The translations under genes were made by a program, and so were the position numbers. From positions 118,721-182,720 of the forward strand of contig CM119271.1 in assembly GCA_051294375.1 (NCBI GenBank): a stretch of DNA of 64,000 bases. The letters are read 5' to 3'. This document shows positions 1-10,648 of this stretch, one piece after another. Numbering within the stretch: position 1 is the first letter of the stretch; each line of letters opens with the position of its first letter. The notes beneath the pieces were generated by a model. That model was not told the DNA's origin. It worked only from the letters and a program-made list of their open reading frames with translations, and ran no database searches. The DNA is from Paraspadella gotoi (taxonomy: Eukaryota; Animalia; Chaetognatha).

Positions 1-1040
1 AACTCGTTTAATCGTTTACTCGTCGCCTAGTGACGGTGGTAAAAAAAAAAGTGACTAAAAAATTATTTTTGTAAAAAGAGAGAGAGAGAGAGAGAGTCGG
101 AAAACGTTTACTTGTCGCCTTGTGACGGTGGTGAAAAAAAAAGTGAATCATTTTTTTTTGTAACAAAAAAAAAGAGAGGAAGACGGAGAGAGAGATCCTG
201 AACTCGTTTTTAAACGATTCAGAAAAGGCAGCGCCTGATCAAATATATATTTTTTTAGAAAGAAAAAAATAATCAGAATTTTTCAAAAAACGAAAGATCA
301 CGCAAGAGATCGTACAGAGAGAGACAGACGCACACAGAGAGAGACAGAGAGAGACTGAGAGAGACTGAGAGAGCCTGAACTCGTATTTAAACGATTCAGA
401 AAAGGCAGCGCCTGAAAAAAATATTATATAGTAATTAAAAAATAAATAAAAGAAAGGCAAAAAATGTTACAATGGGTTTACAATTGGAAATTTTTCCAAT
501 TTTTTCCAATCATAGGTTGTTAACGATTTATTTTTTTTTTTTGTATTCAAATTAAGATATAGCTTCTCATTAAAAAGTTCTTTTGAGTTCCCATTTTTAT
601 TATAGATTTAAAAAATTTTTTTTTAATTTCATCTTCAATATTAAATTAGATTAAAGCATTTCTATATACTAATTTGGATATTTAATGAGTACTCATAATC
701 TCATTTGCATATTGCAGTAAATCAATAATTTAGTGGAAATTCAAACAAAAATTACTTAAATCCAAATGTAATAAGAAATATCAAAGCTATTTCAAGATGA
801 GAAGCCATATCTAAATTTTTAACTTACTATGATCGCACACTTTTGTAAAACTATCATAATTCATAATAATTTTTATTTAAAAAAAACGGTAAGTCACAGC
901 CAAACTATAAAAGCGTAGTAGTTTTTATATAAAAACAGCGTGACGCCGGCGACGACGACGATGATGACTACGTCACAAAGAAGCTCACCTGAAACAAAAT
1001 CTAGCCTGAACCGGCTTCGCCGGTCATGGCTCGATAAAAA
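1..1040 (-). mobile_element. Helentron-associated non-autonomous element (HINE/DINE-1-like), family A
   Basis: Reverse-complement homolog of 41970-43230 and 52017-52820. The end at 1003-1040 has the ATCGAGCC subterminal repeat plus CCGGCTTCGCCGG hairpin next to a (GAC)n microsatellite, the DINE-1-type 5' architecture. Confidence 0.65.
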
Positions 1041-1907
1041 ATATGAGTCACATTTACTTATTATCTTTTTGCTTTCACGATCTTGTTAGTCCTGCAATGT
1101 TACTTATTTTAACCCATAATTACTCGAATTAATCATAATTGAATTAATAGATGAAAAGAAAGTGTGTGAAGAAGCTAGATATAAAGTTTTGATGGAATTG
1201 TGCCAGTGTAAATGAGTTTTAATGGAAAAACATAAGTCACATTTACTTGAATCTTTTTTACTTATGATTACTATTAAATGTTTTAATTAATTAATTAATT
1301 AATTAATTAATTTGAAAAAATGATACAATTTAAAAAAATTATGCAAGTTGAAAAAATTATGCAATTTGAAAAAAATATGCAAGTTGAAAAAAAATATGCA
1401 AGTTGAAAAAAATATGCAAGTTGAAAAAATTATGCAAGTTGAAGAAATTATGCAAGTTGAAGAAATTATGCAAGTTAAAAAATTAATGCAAGTTGAAAAA
1501 GATGCGCAAGTTGAAAAAAATATGCAAGTTGAAAAAATATGCAAGTTGAAAAAAATATGCAAGTTGAAAAAATATGCAAGTTGAAAAATTATGCAAGTTG
1601 AAAGAATTATGCAAGTTAAAAAAATTATTCAAGTTGAAAAATGATGCGAATTGTAAAAATGATGTAAATTGAAAAATGATGCAAGTTAAAAAAAATGATA
1701 CAATTGTAAAAATGATGTAAATTGAAAAAATGATGAGTTGAAAAAATTATGTGCGTGAAAAAATTCTGCGAGTTGAAAAAATGATGCGAGTTAAAAAAAT
1801 GATGCAAGTTAAAAAAATTGAACAAATAATTGTGATTTATCATCTGATTAGCAGATTACCGCTTAATTATTGGTAGGCAGATCCGACATTGTTTGCTCAA
1901 ACTTGTT
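1041..1907 (+). mobile_element. HINE family B, 3' part containing an 18-19 bp minisatellite
   Basis: Ends in GGCAGATCCGACATTGTTTGCTCAAACTTGTT, a terminus repeated at 20276 and, reversed, at about 22677, 37047, 38380, 50081 and 55456. Confidence 0.6.
1320..1820. repeat. Minisatellite, unit ~AAAAAATTATGCAAGTTG
   Basis: More than 20 visible tandem units; related arrays at 19735-20125 and 37455-37780. Confidence 0.9.
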
Positions 1908-1915
1908 ATTATAGA

Positions 1916-1957
1916 GACGAACATGTTTTGGCTGATGATTTGAGCCTTCATCAGCAT
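1916..1957 (-). ncRNA. Degenerate minimal type I hammerhead ribozyme in a Penelope-like tail
   Basis: Minus strand reads GATG-CTGATGA-A-GGCT..AGCC-AAAA-CATGTT-CGTC; the GAAA box is mutated to AAAA. Confidence 0.6.
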
Positions 1958-3399
1958 CAAAGTTTTTGTGAATTACTCACAAATTTTCTACAAAAGACGG
2001 AGAGGGAGAGAGAGAGAGAGAAAAAGAGAAAAAAGTTTCCAACACAGAGTTTAGAAAGGACAGTGGTCAATGGTGAGAATAGGCTAAGGGTAAGGACAGA
2101 TAGATTTTAGTTTAGAAAAGAAGTGAAATTGTCAATTTGAGAGAGAGAGAGACAGAGAAAATAATACATTATTTAATGTACAACAAATAAAAAGGTTTTT
2201 GTATACTGAAATTTAGACATTAACTGTTAGCTAATAATAAATAAATAATTGGAGAAAAGAAAAGAAAGAAATACATTGGGTGAGGGATAGCAAGGTAATT
2301 AGTAAAGTGAAAGGTTAAGAAAGAGCTCAAAATGAGCTGGCCCCCTTGGCTTGTGGCAAATGAGAGGCTGGGACGATGAGGCCGGTTCATTGGCGTGTCA
2401 TTGGCTGAGAGGACAGTTCGACCGAGCAATGCTCGGCGAGCATGTCAATGCTGGGGATTAGGTAAATGTTTCTTTGTCCTGATACGCCTGCCGGCTTCCC
2501 TCTTCTCGCCTGCTGGCGAGGTGGGTGGGTGACAGGAGTGGTGGACGTTTTCGCGACGCCACAAGGCGTCCGTGAGTCGGTCGAGGCTGTCCTGGTTTTG
2601 TTTAGAGAGCCCCAACGACATTTCTCTCAGCAAGCTGAGAGTTGATGGATCGGCTTCGAGTGATGTCGAGGTGCCTTGTGACGTAATAAAAAAATGTGGC
2701 GACAAGGTGGCCGCCGCGCGGGTTTGGCAGCCTGAGGGGTTCTTCCTTGCCCGTGATGTGGAGGGTGAAGGCGCCGTTGGAAAGGGGGCGCACGCGATAC
2801 ATCAGAGCAGAGAGGGAGGAGACGTGTATCACAGTCGAGAGGGTTCTCCAGTTCTTCCTTGAGGTCGCGGGCGTCGACATTGAGGGAGGTGCTGATTGCG
2901 GTGTTGTATACAAGCTCCTCATTCGGCTCAGGTGGTGCGTTGGGTCGAGTTGGTTGCGACGGCGGAGGTTCGGGTGAGTGGGGTGAGGAGGATGGAGGTG
3001 ACGCTGGTGGCCCCGCAGAGCGGTGGGGGCTGACGGGGTAGTCAGTGATGCCGGCTGGTGGCCCGGCGAGGTGCTTTTGAGATGGCAGCGGTCTGGGCTG
3101 AAGAGGAGGTTGTGGAGAAGGTGTCAGTGAGTCCCTTGATGACGGTGGAGGGCTGGCGCAAGGTGGTGTTGGAGAAGGGGCCACCCTGGGGCCGTTTCCG
3201 CTGTTGGCGTCATCGTCAACCGGAAGTGGGTTGAATTGGATGAGGATTGTGTCTTGAGGGAGGCTCTCAGCTGCAACGGCCTTTGCATTGTCTTTGGTCG
3301 ACCCCACTTCTTTTGGGCCTTCTTCAGCCGTTCGAGCTCTGCGGTCGTAACTATGAGTTAATGTGCGGAGGTATGCATTGGGCGTATGAGGGAGACTTG

Positions 3400-3750
3400 A
3401 CTCATTAGCGATCTGAAAATTTGGAGAGTTTGGTTCAATTTTTCTCCATAAGTCCTAACAATTTTGCAGCCTGATGGCACCGTGAAGTCCTCATCCAGCA
3501 TTTTGATGCAGATGCCGGACATCTCGGCGAGTAGTTTGAGTTTGGGATGTCCTCGGTTCCAGTCCTTCGCCGAGATTGTTCGGATGAAGGTGTCCACGTT
3601 TTTTGTTTTTAGCATTCCATATAGGCGTCTCGCGTTTGCTTGACGGTCAGTGAATTTCTCCGCACAAATTCAAAAAACGTTTTTCGAAAAATTTTTTGAC
3701 GCTCAGTGCGGCGGCAACAAGGGCACCCAGAGAAACCCGGGACATACGCT
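3400..3750 (-). pseudogene. Putative OTU-like cysteine protease domain remnant (frameshifted)
   Basis: VPGFSGC/LVAAALS...FRKTFFEFVRRN...VDTFIRTISAKDWNRGHPKLKLLAEMSGICIKM...RTYGE...LQIF parallels the OTU pattern (VPGDGNCLFRA...R..V.Y..N...Y...M....WGG..EL.AL..L..V.I...FG...I.L). Confidence 0.4.
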
Positions 3751-3829
3751 CCTGTGCAGTCAAACCCCGTCGGCCAGAAGGGGGTGTCGAGCAGCATGAT
3801 TTGTCCCTGGTTCGTGGGTGAGGAAATAT

Positions 3830-4040
3830 GAGGGTTGTTTTCACTTTTTACTAGTACGATCTCCTCGGGATGGCACTCTTGGCGGATCTTGGTGACCCAG
3901 CAGAGGACGTTTGTCGGTAGGACCTGTTGCTTATCATGTTGCAGGTCCATGATGCGTTTAAAGTCTGTGATTAGCGAAACTCTTTTGCCACAGATGTCTC
4001 CATTAAATTCCCTGACCATCATATTGAAAGCTAAAGTGTT
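3830..4040 (-). pseudogene. C-terminal half of Ty3/Gypsy-type RNase H
   Basis: TLAFNMMVREFNGDICGKRVSLITDFKRIMDL...LCWVTKIRQECHPEEIVLVKSENN matches the LA...KHF..YL.G+KF.L.TDHKPL...RW...EY..EI.Y.KG.EN consensus. Confidence 0.65.
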
Positions 4041-4443
4041 AGAGGGTGATTGTTGTGGGCGATGCCAACGGGCGCCGGCCAGGCTTGAGAAGCACAAGAC
4101 CCTCTAATGTGTAGACCACAATGTCAGTTAACCACACGGCGGCACAGTCGACCACAAGGTTATAGTATCTGTGAATATGAATACACAAGAGAACGGGGGA
4201 CGCCAACTAGATTAGGACTCACACTCTTACACATACTTTCTATGATAATAAACACACGATGCTCACAGGGCTGAAAGGGAAACAATAATATAAATAAACA
4301 TGAATCACTTGATTCATGTTTATTTATATTATTGTTTGACAATGATTAATAATAATATGCATCGGAGTCTTTGAGATTGTCCACGATATTGTCTCCGACA
4401 TTTTTCCCTCTCTTCTACGATCAAGCGACCCGCTCAATCCAAC

Positions 4444-5490
4444 TTAGTGAGCAAAACGTACGCAAAATTCGCAGATTAAGCACGCCGCGATGGCGCGATG
4501 GCGAAGTGCATTAGACGATGGCATTTCCTCGCCAAGAAAGTTCAATCCATGATTACAGAAGGCCTCGCCCGTTACCTTGATGGAAATCTCATCCATCGTT
4601 TTGTCCCAGCCGTTGCTGATACAGACATCTTCTGCGTCGACCCACCTTCTCGGCACCCAAGAGAGGTTTCGGCGGAAAAATTCGAGGAGCCGCGTTCTTC
4701 TAAACAGAAATAATTGGCGCGGATGCGATTCTTTGAGGATTTTGCCGATTTCCCTGGAGAATTTGGCGTGAATTTTGGGAGCAAAGTGAAAAATCCTCTC
4801 GTCGCAAACGAAAGTAAGGAAGTTGACCCGGGTCTTCTCCAAACCGGGGAGCAGCAAATGATAAACGACGCAGAAGTCTTTGGATCTCATAATTGTAGGG
4901 CGAAATCTTTGAAGAATGGTCTTATCTGACAACATTTTTCCGTGCAGACTGCCATCTCTCATCAAGGAGGGCAAGTCATGCAAGATAGAGTTTAAAGGCG
5001 ACCGGCAACGCAGGAAGAAGGCGTCATACGGTGCAGGTGTAAAGTCGCAACCCAAAAAACCGGCAAGGTCCATCAAGAAAGCCGCGAGAACGGAATGGGA
5101 GGCGGCGATTCGCCTCGCGCAAACTTTGAATAGCCTTTCGTTCCCTGTTGCAATTATATTACATGCCTTGTAAACATGCTGTTCCGCTTCTCTCCGCAAG
5201 AAAGACTCAATAAGGACGTCGGCTCGGGACTCGAAGACGATGTCGTAATAAATTTCGGGAAGCGCAATCCCATGAGCCTCACGACACGTACGGACGAATC
5301 TCCCGATGCTGTAGGGAGAGAACTTTTCTTTAAACTCGTTGATCTTGTCGAATCCAACGAAAAGGTCGGTCAAGCGCAGCTTCCGGATGATTGCATCCTC
5401 GTTTTCATAGTTCGATAACATGAAATCGGTGATGGCCACTATCTGATTGGAATGAAATATTTTTTGCAGATATCTTGAGAGTGTCAGCAC
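4444..5490 (-). CDS. Uncharacterised 348-codon open segment (3' part of a ~530-codon decayed ORF starting near 6035)
   Basis: Longest non-repetitive ORF in the window. The same frame continues upstream past a single TAA (MLTFFSGRSLKDF...CSITS*IHPTVLTL). C-terminal CLICEFC. No family recognised. Confidence 0.55.
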   Translation of the reverse strand: MLTLSRYLQKIFHSNQIVAITDFMLSNYENEDAIIRKLRLTDLFVGFDKINEFKEKFSPYSIGRFVRTCREAHGIALPEIYYDIVFESRADVLIESFLRREAEQHVYKACNIIATGNERLFKVCARRIAASHSVLAAFLMDLAGFLGCDFTPAPYDAFFLRCRSPLNSILHDLPSLMRDGSLHGKMLSDKTILQRFRPTIMRSKDFCVVYHLLLPGLEKTRVNFLTFVCDERIFHFAPKIHAKFSREIGKILKESHPRQLFLFRRTRLLEFFRRNLSWVPRRWVDAEDVCISNGWDKTMDEISIKVTGEAFCNHGLNFLGEEMPSSNALRHRAIAACLICEFCVRFAH

Positions 5491-6049
5491 GGTCGGATGA
5501 ATTTAAGAGGTAATCGAGCAAAACACCCGGTGGACAGGAAATTTTTTATAAGGGCCCTGCAGCACACCCGTACTGAAAACTTCCTTCTCGAGGGACGATG
5601 CTACAAAGTCTTTCAAACTACGGCCAGAGAAGAACGTCAACATGGCGCGCGCGAGCGAACGGACCTTTTTCGGCCAAGATCCTAGTCCAATCCTCGATCG
5701 TGTCCGAAACCGAGGCTGACTTAATCTTCCTTAAGTATTGCAGTCTTATTGAAGTCTTTTTTTCTTTATAAACTTTAGCTCATGAACGAATTCGTGACAT
5801 AGGCGCATCGGACGCGGTGAAACCGGAGCCGGAATTGGAAGAACAAAATCGCGCGGAGCGAGAGTCTCGCCGACGACGACGCGACGGTCAGCAGTCGGTG
5901 TTGGTTCACTTGGAATGTTTTGCGCATACTCTGCGACAGATAAAGATGCTGGTTCTGGTCTGAACATGTTCTCCGACACTTCCTGGTCCTCAGTCCCCTC
6001 GTCTTCGTCAGAGGAGGAGAGGAGAACAAAATCCATAGTCGGACGGTCT

Positions 6050-6340
6050 GAACAATGTGTGTTTGAGTCGATACTCATCAAGGAAGGATTTTGAGTGGAT
6101 ATTCCACGCCGTCCGCTGTGGCCATGATGAGGCTGCCCATGGCACTAGTGCTGGCGTCAGTATACAGTATTCACCATTTTTAATTTTAGCATCGTTTAAA
6201 AAGTTTAGGCCCAGAGTTGACTTAATTTCTTTTATTAACATATTTAGGCTTTCGCGATGAGCTTCAGTGAATTCAAAGTTTTTCCTATCTAGTAGGGTGA
6301 GGGCATGGAGCGGCTGTGCCAGGTAAGAGAACTGGTGCAC
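6050..6340 (-). pseudogene. RT connection region and N-terminal half of Ty3/Gypsy RNase H
   Basis: FSYLAQPLHALT...FEFTEAHRESLNMLIKEI...; LYTDASTSAMGSLIMA in an adjacent frame; IHSKSF. Confidence 0.8.
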
Positions 6341-6429
6341 AAAGGCTCAAATTATAAGCACCACCCTGCAAAATTCCCTAATTCCTCATTCGCCCCACCA
6401 ATCTTGTATACTAGATGGGTGGGTGGGTA

Positions 6430-6747
6430 GGTAAAACACCGGTAATAATTCAGGGAGGCAAGAAGCGCCCGCAGATCCTTCTGGGTTTTTAGCTCTTTCA
6501 ACTTGATCTCTGCTTGTTCCATTTTTTCACGTTGGGGGTTCAACTTGTCTTTGGAAATACTGTACCCTAGGATTTTGATGTCGTCTTTGAGGACGACGTT
6601 TTCCCTCCGACAGATTGACAGAAATTCGCGGAGCCTGACAGCTATCTCCTCAGGGTCCTTGGCCATGAGGATGAGGTCGTCGACATAAATGAACGATTTG
6701 ACATCCCTGCCAAGCTCCGCAAATATTTCATCGAGGATGGACTGGAG
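6430..6747 (-). pseudogene. Reverse transcriptase C-terminal part with catalytic YVDD
   Basis: LQSILDEIFAELGRDVKSFIYVDDLILMAKD...IKILGYSIS...KDLRALLASLNYYRCF. Confidence 0.9.
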
Positions 6748-8855
6748 TAGAGTTCCGATAACCGTTAAAAGTTAACGGTTATTAACGGTTAATTTTAACT
6801 TAACCGTTAATATATTTATTTTAACGGTTAAATTCGGTTAATTTTCAAATACGATTTTTGTTATTATTTGTTAGGAAATCTTTGATTTTTTAAAATAAAA
6901 GTTTTTTTTTCGTCCTCTTTTATTTCTCTTTTTCCTTTCAACTAATTTTATGCATTTACATCTTAGAGACAAAGTTTGAAATAATTGGCAATAACAATTT
7001 ATTTTCAAGATGAAAACGTACATGTTTCGGCTTTTTTACTAGCCTTCTTCAGCATCAATTTAGTTTGTGAAAATATTAGACAGATTTTGTGTAGAAGAAG
7101 GGGAGAGAGAGAGAGAGGGCAAAGTTTCTCTGTCTCTCTCTTTCTCTCTCTCTCCCCATCTTCTACACAAAATCTGTCTAATAATTTCACAAACTAAATT
7201 GACGCTGAAAAAGGCGAAAAAAAGCCGAAACATGTACGTTTTCATCTTGAAAATAAATTGTTGTTGCCAATTATTTAAAACTCTGTCTCTAATCTCTAAT
7301 CAAAATGAAAGAAAGGATTACATAACACAATGCATTTACATCAAAGAATATTTTGAAATATAATATATATGCAAATACATACATTTTTTTACAAATTAAA
7401 TTCTTACATGAAAAACTTTTTATTCTATTTTATTATTAAAAAAATAAATAATTCTTCGTTTTCTCACTTTTTCTTTTCCTCTTTAAAACTAACAAAGAAG
7501 CAAATGAAATAAAACCGAATGAATGAAAAAAATTAATAAAAAAATTATTATAACAAATTTAAGAATTATTAATAGAAGGAATGAATCTTTAAAAAGACAT
7601 TAAGGCTAACTAAAAATATCCTTCAATGATGATATACTTTTTAATAAAATTAAAAAAAATATTTATTAATCCATAAATCTTTTGATCAATAGCTCAATCA
7701 ATAAACCATTCAATCAATAAACTAATATTCATATTTTATATTTATAATTATGGTCATGGTTTATGAAAGACTAACAACTAGAAAAATAATGAGGAAGAGA
7801 AATAGAGAAAGAAAAAGAGAAAACAAAAGAGAGAAAGAAAGAACGAGAAAACTTAATATAAAATTAGAATTACATTGTGCTTTTTCTTTCTTTGACTTTA
7901 TCATGATGTATTATTTGATTATCATGGGTTGTTACGAAATAACTATCTATATATCACGAAGAAATCCAGCTTCTCCACTTTTTCCCGATGCTCTTTTGTC
8001 TTTTTTACTGACGCAAGAATTTCCAGCTTTCCAGCGATTACAGAGACATCTTCTATTTTAGACTTTTGTTATATATATACTTAAGTACAGATTCCGTGGC
8101 GGATTCTGATTGGTTCATCGGATTTCGATAGATTTTAATTACAATTTATCGATGTGAACGATCTGATCTGTCATTCTTGCACTTTCAGTTCTCTGAAAAT
8201 CTCGGAATCTTTAGTTTTAAGAAACTATTTGGTAATTGCTGGATTGGTGGACTTTCCTGTGAGAGAAGCAACTTTTTGTTACTATTTTGGCTTCAGAAAC
8301 AAGTAAGAAAGATTCTTTAAACTTTATATATATATATTTGCTGAGTTTGTATTAAATGTTTTGTTATTCTTTGCCCAGGACTTCTAACTTCACTTCACCT
8401 TCACTTTAACTTCAACTATGTCCTGGGCTTCGCCTTCGGCCGAGACTTTGTCGTCCTCATCTATTGAGCATCATAGACCGGCGCCATCGTCTCCTCTGCG
8501 CCATTACGCCACAAATACCAACGCTTTATTTGGCGTAGAGTTAGCCCGGGAAAGTTAGCAAGTCAATGAAACCACTCTCCGAACTTAGTTCAAAACATGG
8601 GTAATTTGAAAATAGTTTGCTCAAACCAAATTTTCTTTTACTCACTATAATGTGTATATCATCTATCTGAAATAGAGGATTAAGAAGATTCAGGAGCCAG
8701 AGTTAAAGAGAAAATTACCATTTAATACTTTAGTTTGTTTTAAATATTAGTATTTTAAATTTAAAGTTAAATTATAAAATTAGCCGATTTTAACGGTTAA
8801 CCGTTAAAAATGTTAGTTTTAACGGTTAAGCGAATTTCCTGAAAAATTAACTCTA
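6748..8855. mobile_element. Non-autonomous hAT-type DNA transposon inserted in the RT
   Basis: TAGAGTT...AACTCTA termini, perfect 8-bp TSD GACTGGAG (6740-6747 / 8856-8863), subterminal TAACGGTTA repeats at both ends; the RT frame rejoins across it. Confidence 0.9.
6962..7320. mobile_element. Fold-back Penelope-like tail pair with two opposed hammerheads (7015-7056 minus, 7201-7240 plus)
   Basis: Long imperfect inverted repeat. Cores are CTGAAGA-AGGCT..AGCC-GAAACATGTA-CGTT and GACG-CTGAAAA-AGGC..GCC-GAAACATGTA-CGTT. Confidence 0.75.
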
Positions 8856-8863
8856 GACTGGAG

Positions 8864-9440
8864 GACATTTACTGTTTACGCCGCCAATTGGTAATTTGTT
8901 CATTTCCCAGTTGTCCGGCTTCTGCGAAGGCGGTGATGGGCTTGCAGCAGTCCTTGTAGTTTACTTGGTAAAAACAGGCCAGGAAGTCAACTGAGCATTG
9001 GAGCTCGTGAGGTTTGAATTCCTCCAATATTGCTGATATTGTCTGTGGTTTGGTGGCATAAGTTGAAATATTGTCATTTACCGCGGACAGTTCACAGATG
9101 AGGCGCCATTGTTTTGTGAAGGTCTCGTCCATCTTATCTTGCCCTTGGTTTACATGGTTTGGTTTCTTTATGAGGAAAGCATTTGAGTAGGCTTCGCCTG
9201 ATGTTCTGGAAACAACGCTGGTTTTTTGTAAACTTCAAGGTATCTTTCTAAGGCGGCCTTCTTGATCGGGCCCTGGTTGACAAAATGCGGTTTGGGCAAG
9301 TCTTCCATGGTGAAACCCAGGTCTACCTTGTAATTTAAAAACCCTTCTTTGCAGTCGTTGAAGGAATCGCCGAAAACATCACGAAATTCCCATACAGCAT
9401 CCCAGACGATGGGGGCCTTGTCGGTGAGGGTCGGGTCCAC
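8864..9440 (-). pseudogene. Reverse transcriptase N-terminal part (Ty3/Gypsy-like), frameshifted
   Basis: VWEFRDVF...; WRLICELSAVND...KPQTISAILEEF...SVDFLACFYQV...KPITAF...LPIGGVNS. Confidence 0.85.
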
Positions 9441-9499
9441 CTCCTTAAGGGTTTGAGAAACTCCTCTTTGTCGCGGTCGTCATGTTTCTGTCTGCGTCT

Positions 9500-10179
9500 G
9501 TCACGTGCTTACTGCACCGCTTTTAACTCAGCTTCTGAGGTGAGTGTTTGAAGGAGAGATAACCCATAGTTCATGCGGTGAGCCGGGATCCGTGGTGGCG
9601 GTCCTGATGATGACGTAGCGATCCTCATCTTCATTTGGGGATACAAAATGTTGCCTAGGGCCGCTCACATCAGTGACAGAGGCGGGAGCAGTGGCATGGG
9701 TAATGGTACTGGGGCCGCCCGTGATGAGGGTCCTGATATCATCCTTGAGCTCCGCAAAGGCGATGTAAAATTTTTAGTTGACGGAGTCGGCGACGTCATT
9801 TAACATGGAGACGACATTGTCGACACGGGCAGTCTGCTGGCGCAAGAGCTCTCTCACGCCGGCAACTTCCCTCGCAGTTTCGTTGATGATTCGGAGGGTC
9901 GTGGAAAGCAGCGGTGACGTCCTTGGGGGACATGCTTTTCTTGCTTTTGAGAGATTCCTGCAGACGGGGCGGCTGGTTGATGAAGACGTCATCGAGACCC
10001 ATGATGCCCGGGGGCGGCGCCGCCGTCGCTTTGCCCGGAGGTGGCGGCGCCATCAATTTGCCTGCGGTTTCAGCATCGGCGGTTGGTGAGCTGGCAGCGA
10101 CATTATCAATGGCGGCGTCGGTGTCGGATGGCGCGGCGTTACTGTTTTGTGAGAGGTGCTTCCGAACGAGATCCATCAT
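9500..10179 (-). pseudogene. Ala/Pro-rich then coiled-coil ORF remnant upstream of the RT (gag-like position)
   Basis: Overlapping ORFs 9796-10179 and 9774-9992 (LRIINETAREVAGVRELLRQQTARVDNVVSMLNDVADSV). No CCHC knuckle or D(S/T)G protease motif seen. Confidence 0.45.
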
Positions 10180-10565
10180 GTCCTCACGTTAGGGGAACAC
10201 AGAGCGAGTGGGACTGCATGTGGTTGGCGTGGCGAGTGGAGGCGAGGGTGGCGTCGCAATCCAGTGGTGTCCACCACATAAACGATTTACCAAGAATTCA
10301 AGCAATTCGTGAAAAGAATGTTTTAATTCAATTTTACAATAAAATAGCGATTTTCGTGATAAATAAACATTTGTATTTTATTCGCACAAGTCCCAACGCT
10401 CCTCAGATCGCGTACAGTCCGAATGCCCCTCTCCTTTTGCTCCTCTTTCTCAGGCGCAAGTCCTTCTCCTCCTGTTCTATTGCATTGTCCTTTGCTCCTC
10501 CCAGATTCGATCGTGCGAGAGCGTTTGCTGTCGATCGTTGGTTTTCGTTGTTGTTGTTGTCGATG

Positions 10566-10602
<37 letters not shown>

Positions 10603-10648
10603 ATGATATATATATATGCCCTCATAACAATTCCCCGGATTCACTCAC

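Larger units (their letters stand above)
1908..10629 (-). mobile_element. Decayed composite retroelement: coiled-coil ORF, Ty3/Gypsy-type RT-RNase H, OTU-like domain, Pro-rich region, hammerhead-bearing terminal repeat
   Basis: Collinear minus-strand coding remnants from ~10180 to ~2320. A TG-starting LTR-like segment with AATAAA lies at 10629-10280, followed by TGGTGGAC (possible PBS). No second LTR is seen; the 3' end is a PLE-like repeat shared with 13530-13750, 31270-31670 and 33040-33220. Confidence 0.55.

Noticed and set aside
698-716. Octamer ATGCAAAT as an snRNA enhancer (also near 30357, 42250, 52353, 53702)
   Set aside because: Most occurrences are inside the HINE family A body and none is positioned upstream of an snRNA gene.
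1299-1843. ORFs with MQVEK / STCI repeats, and a CRISPR-like appearance of the array
   Set aside because: Translations of a head-to-tail minisatellite with no unique spacers and no cas genes; eukaryotic context.
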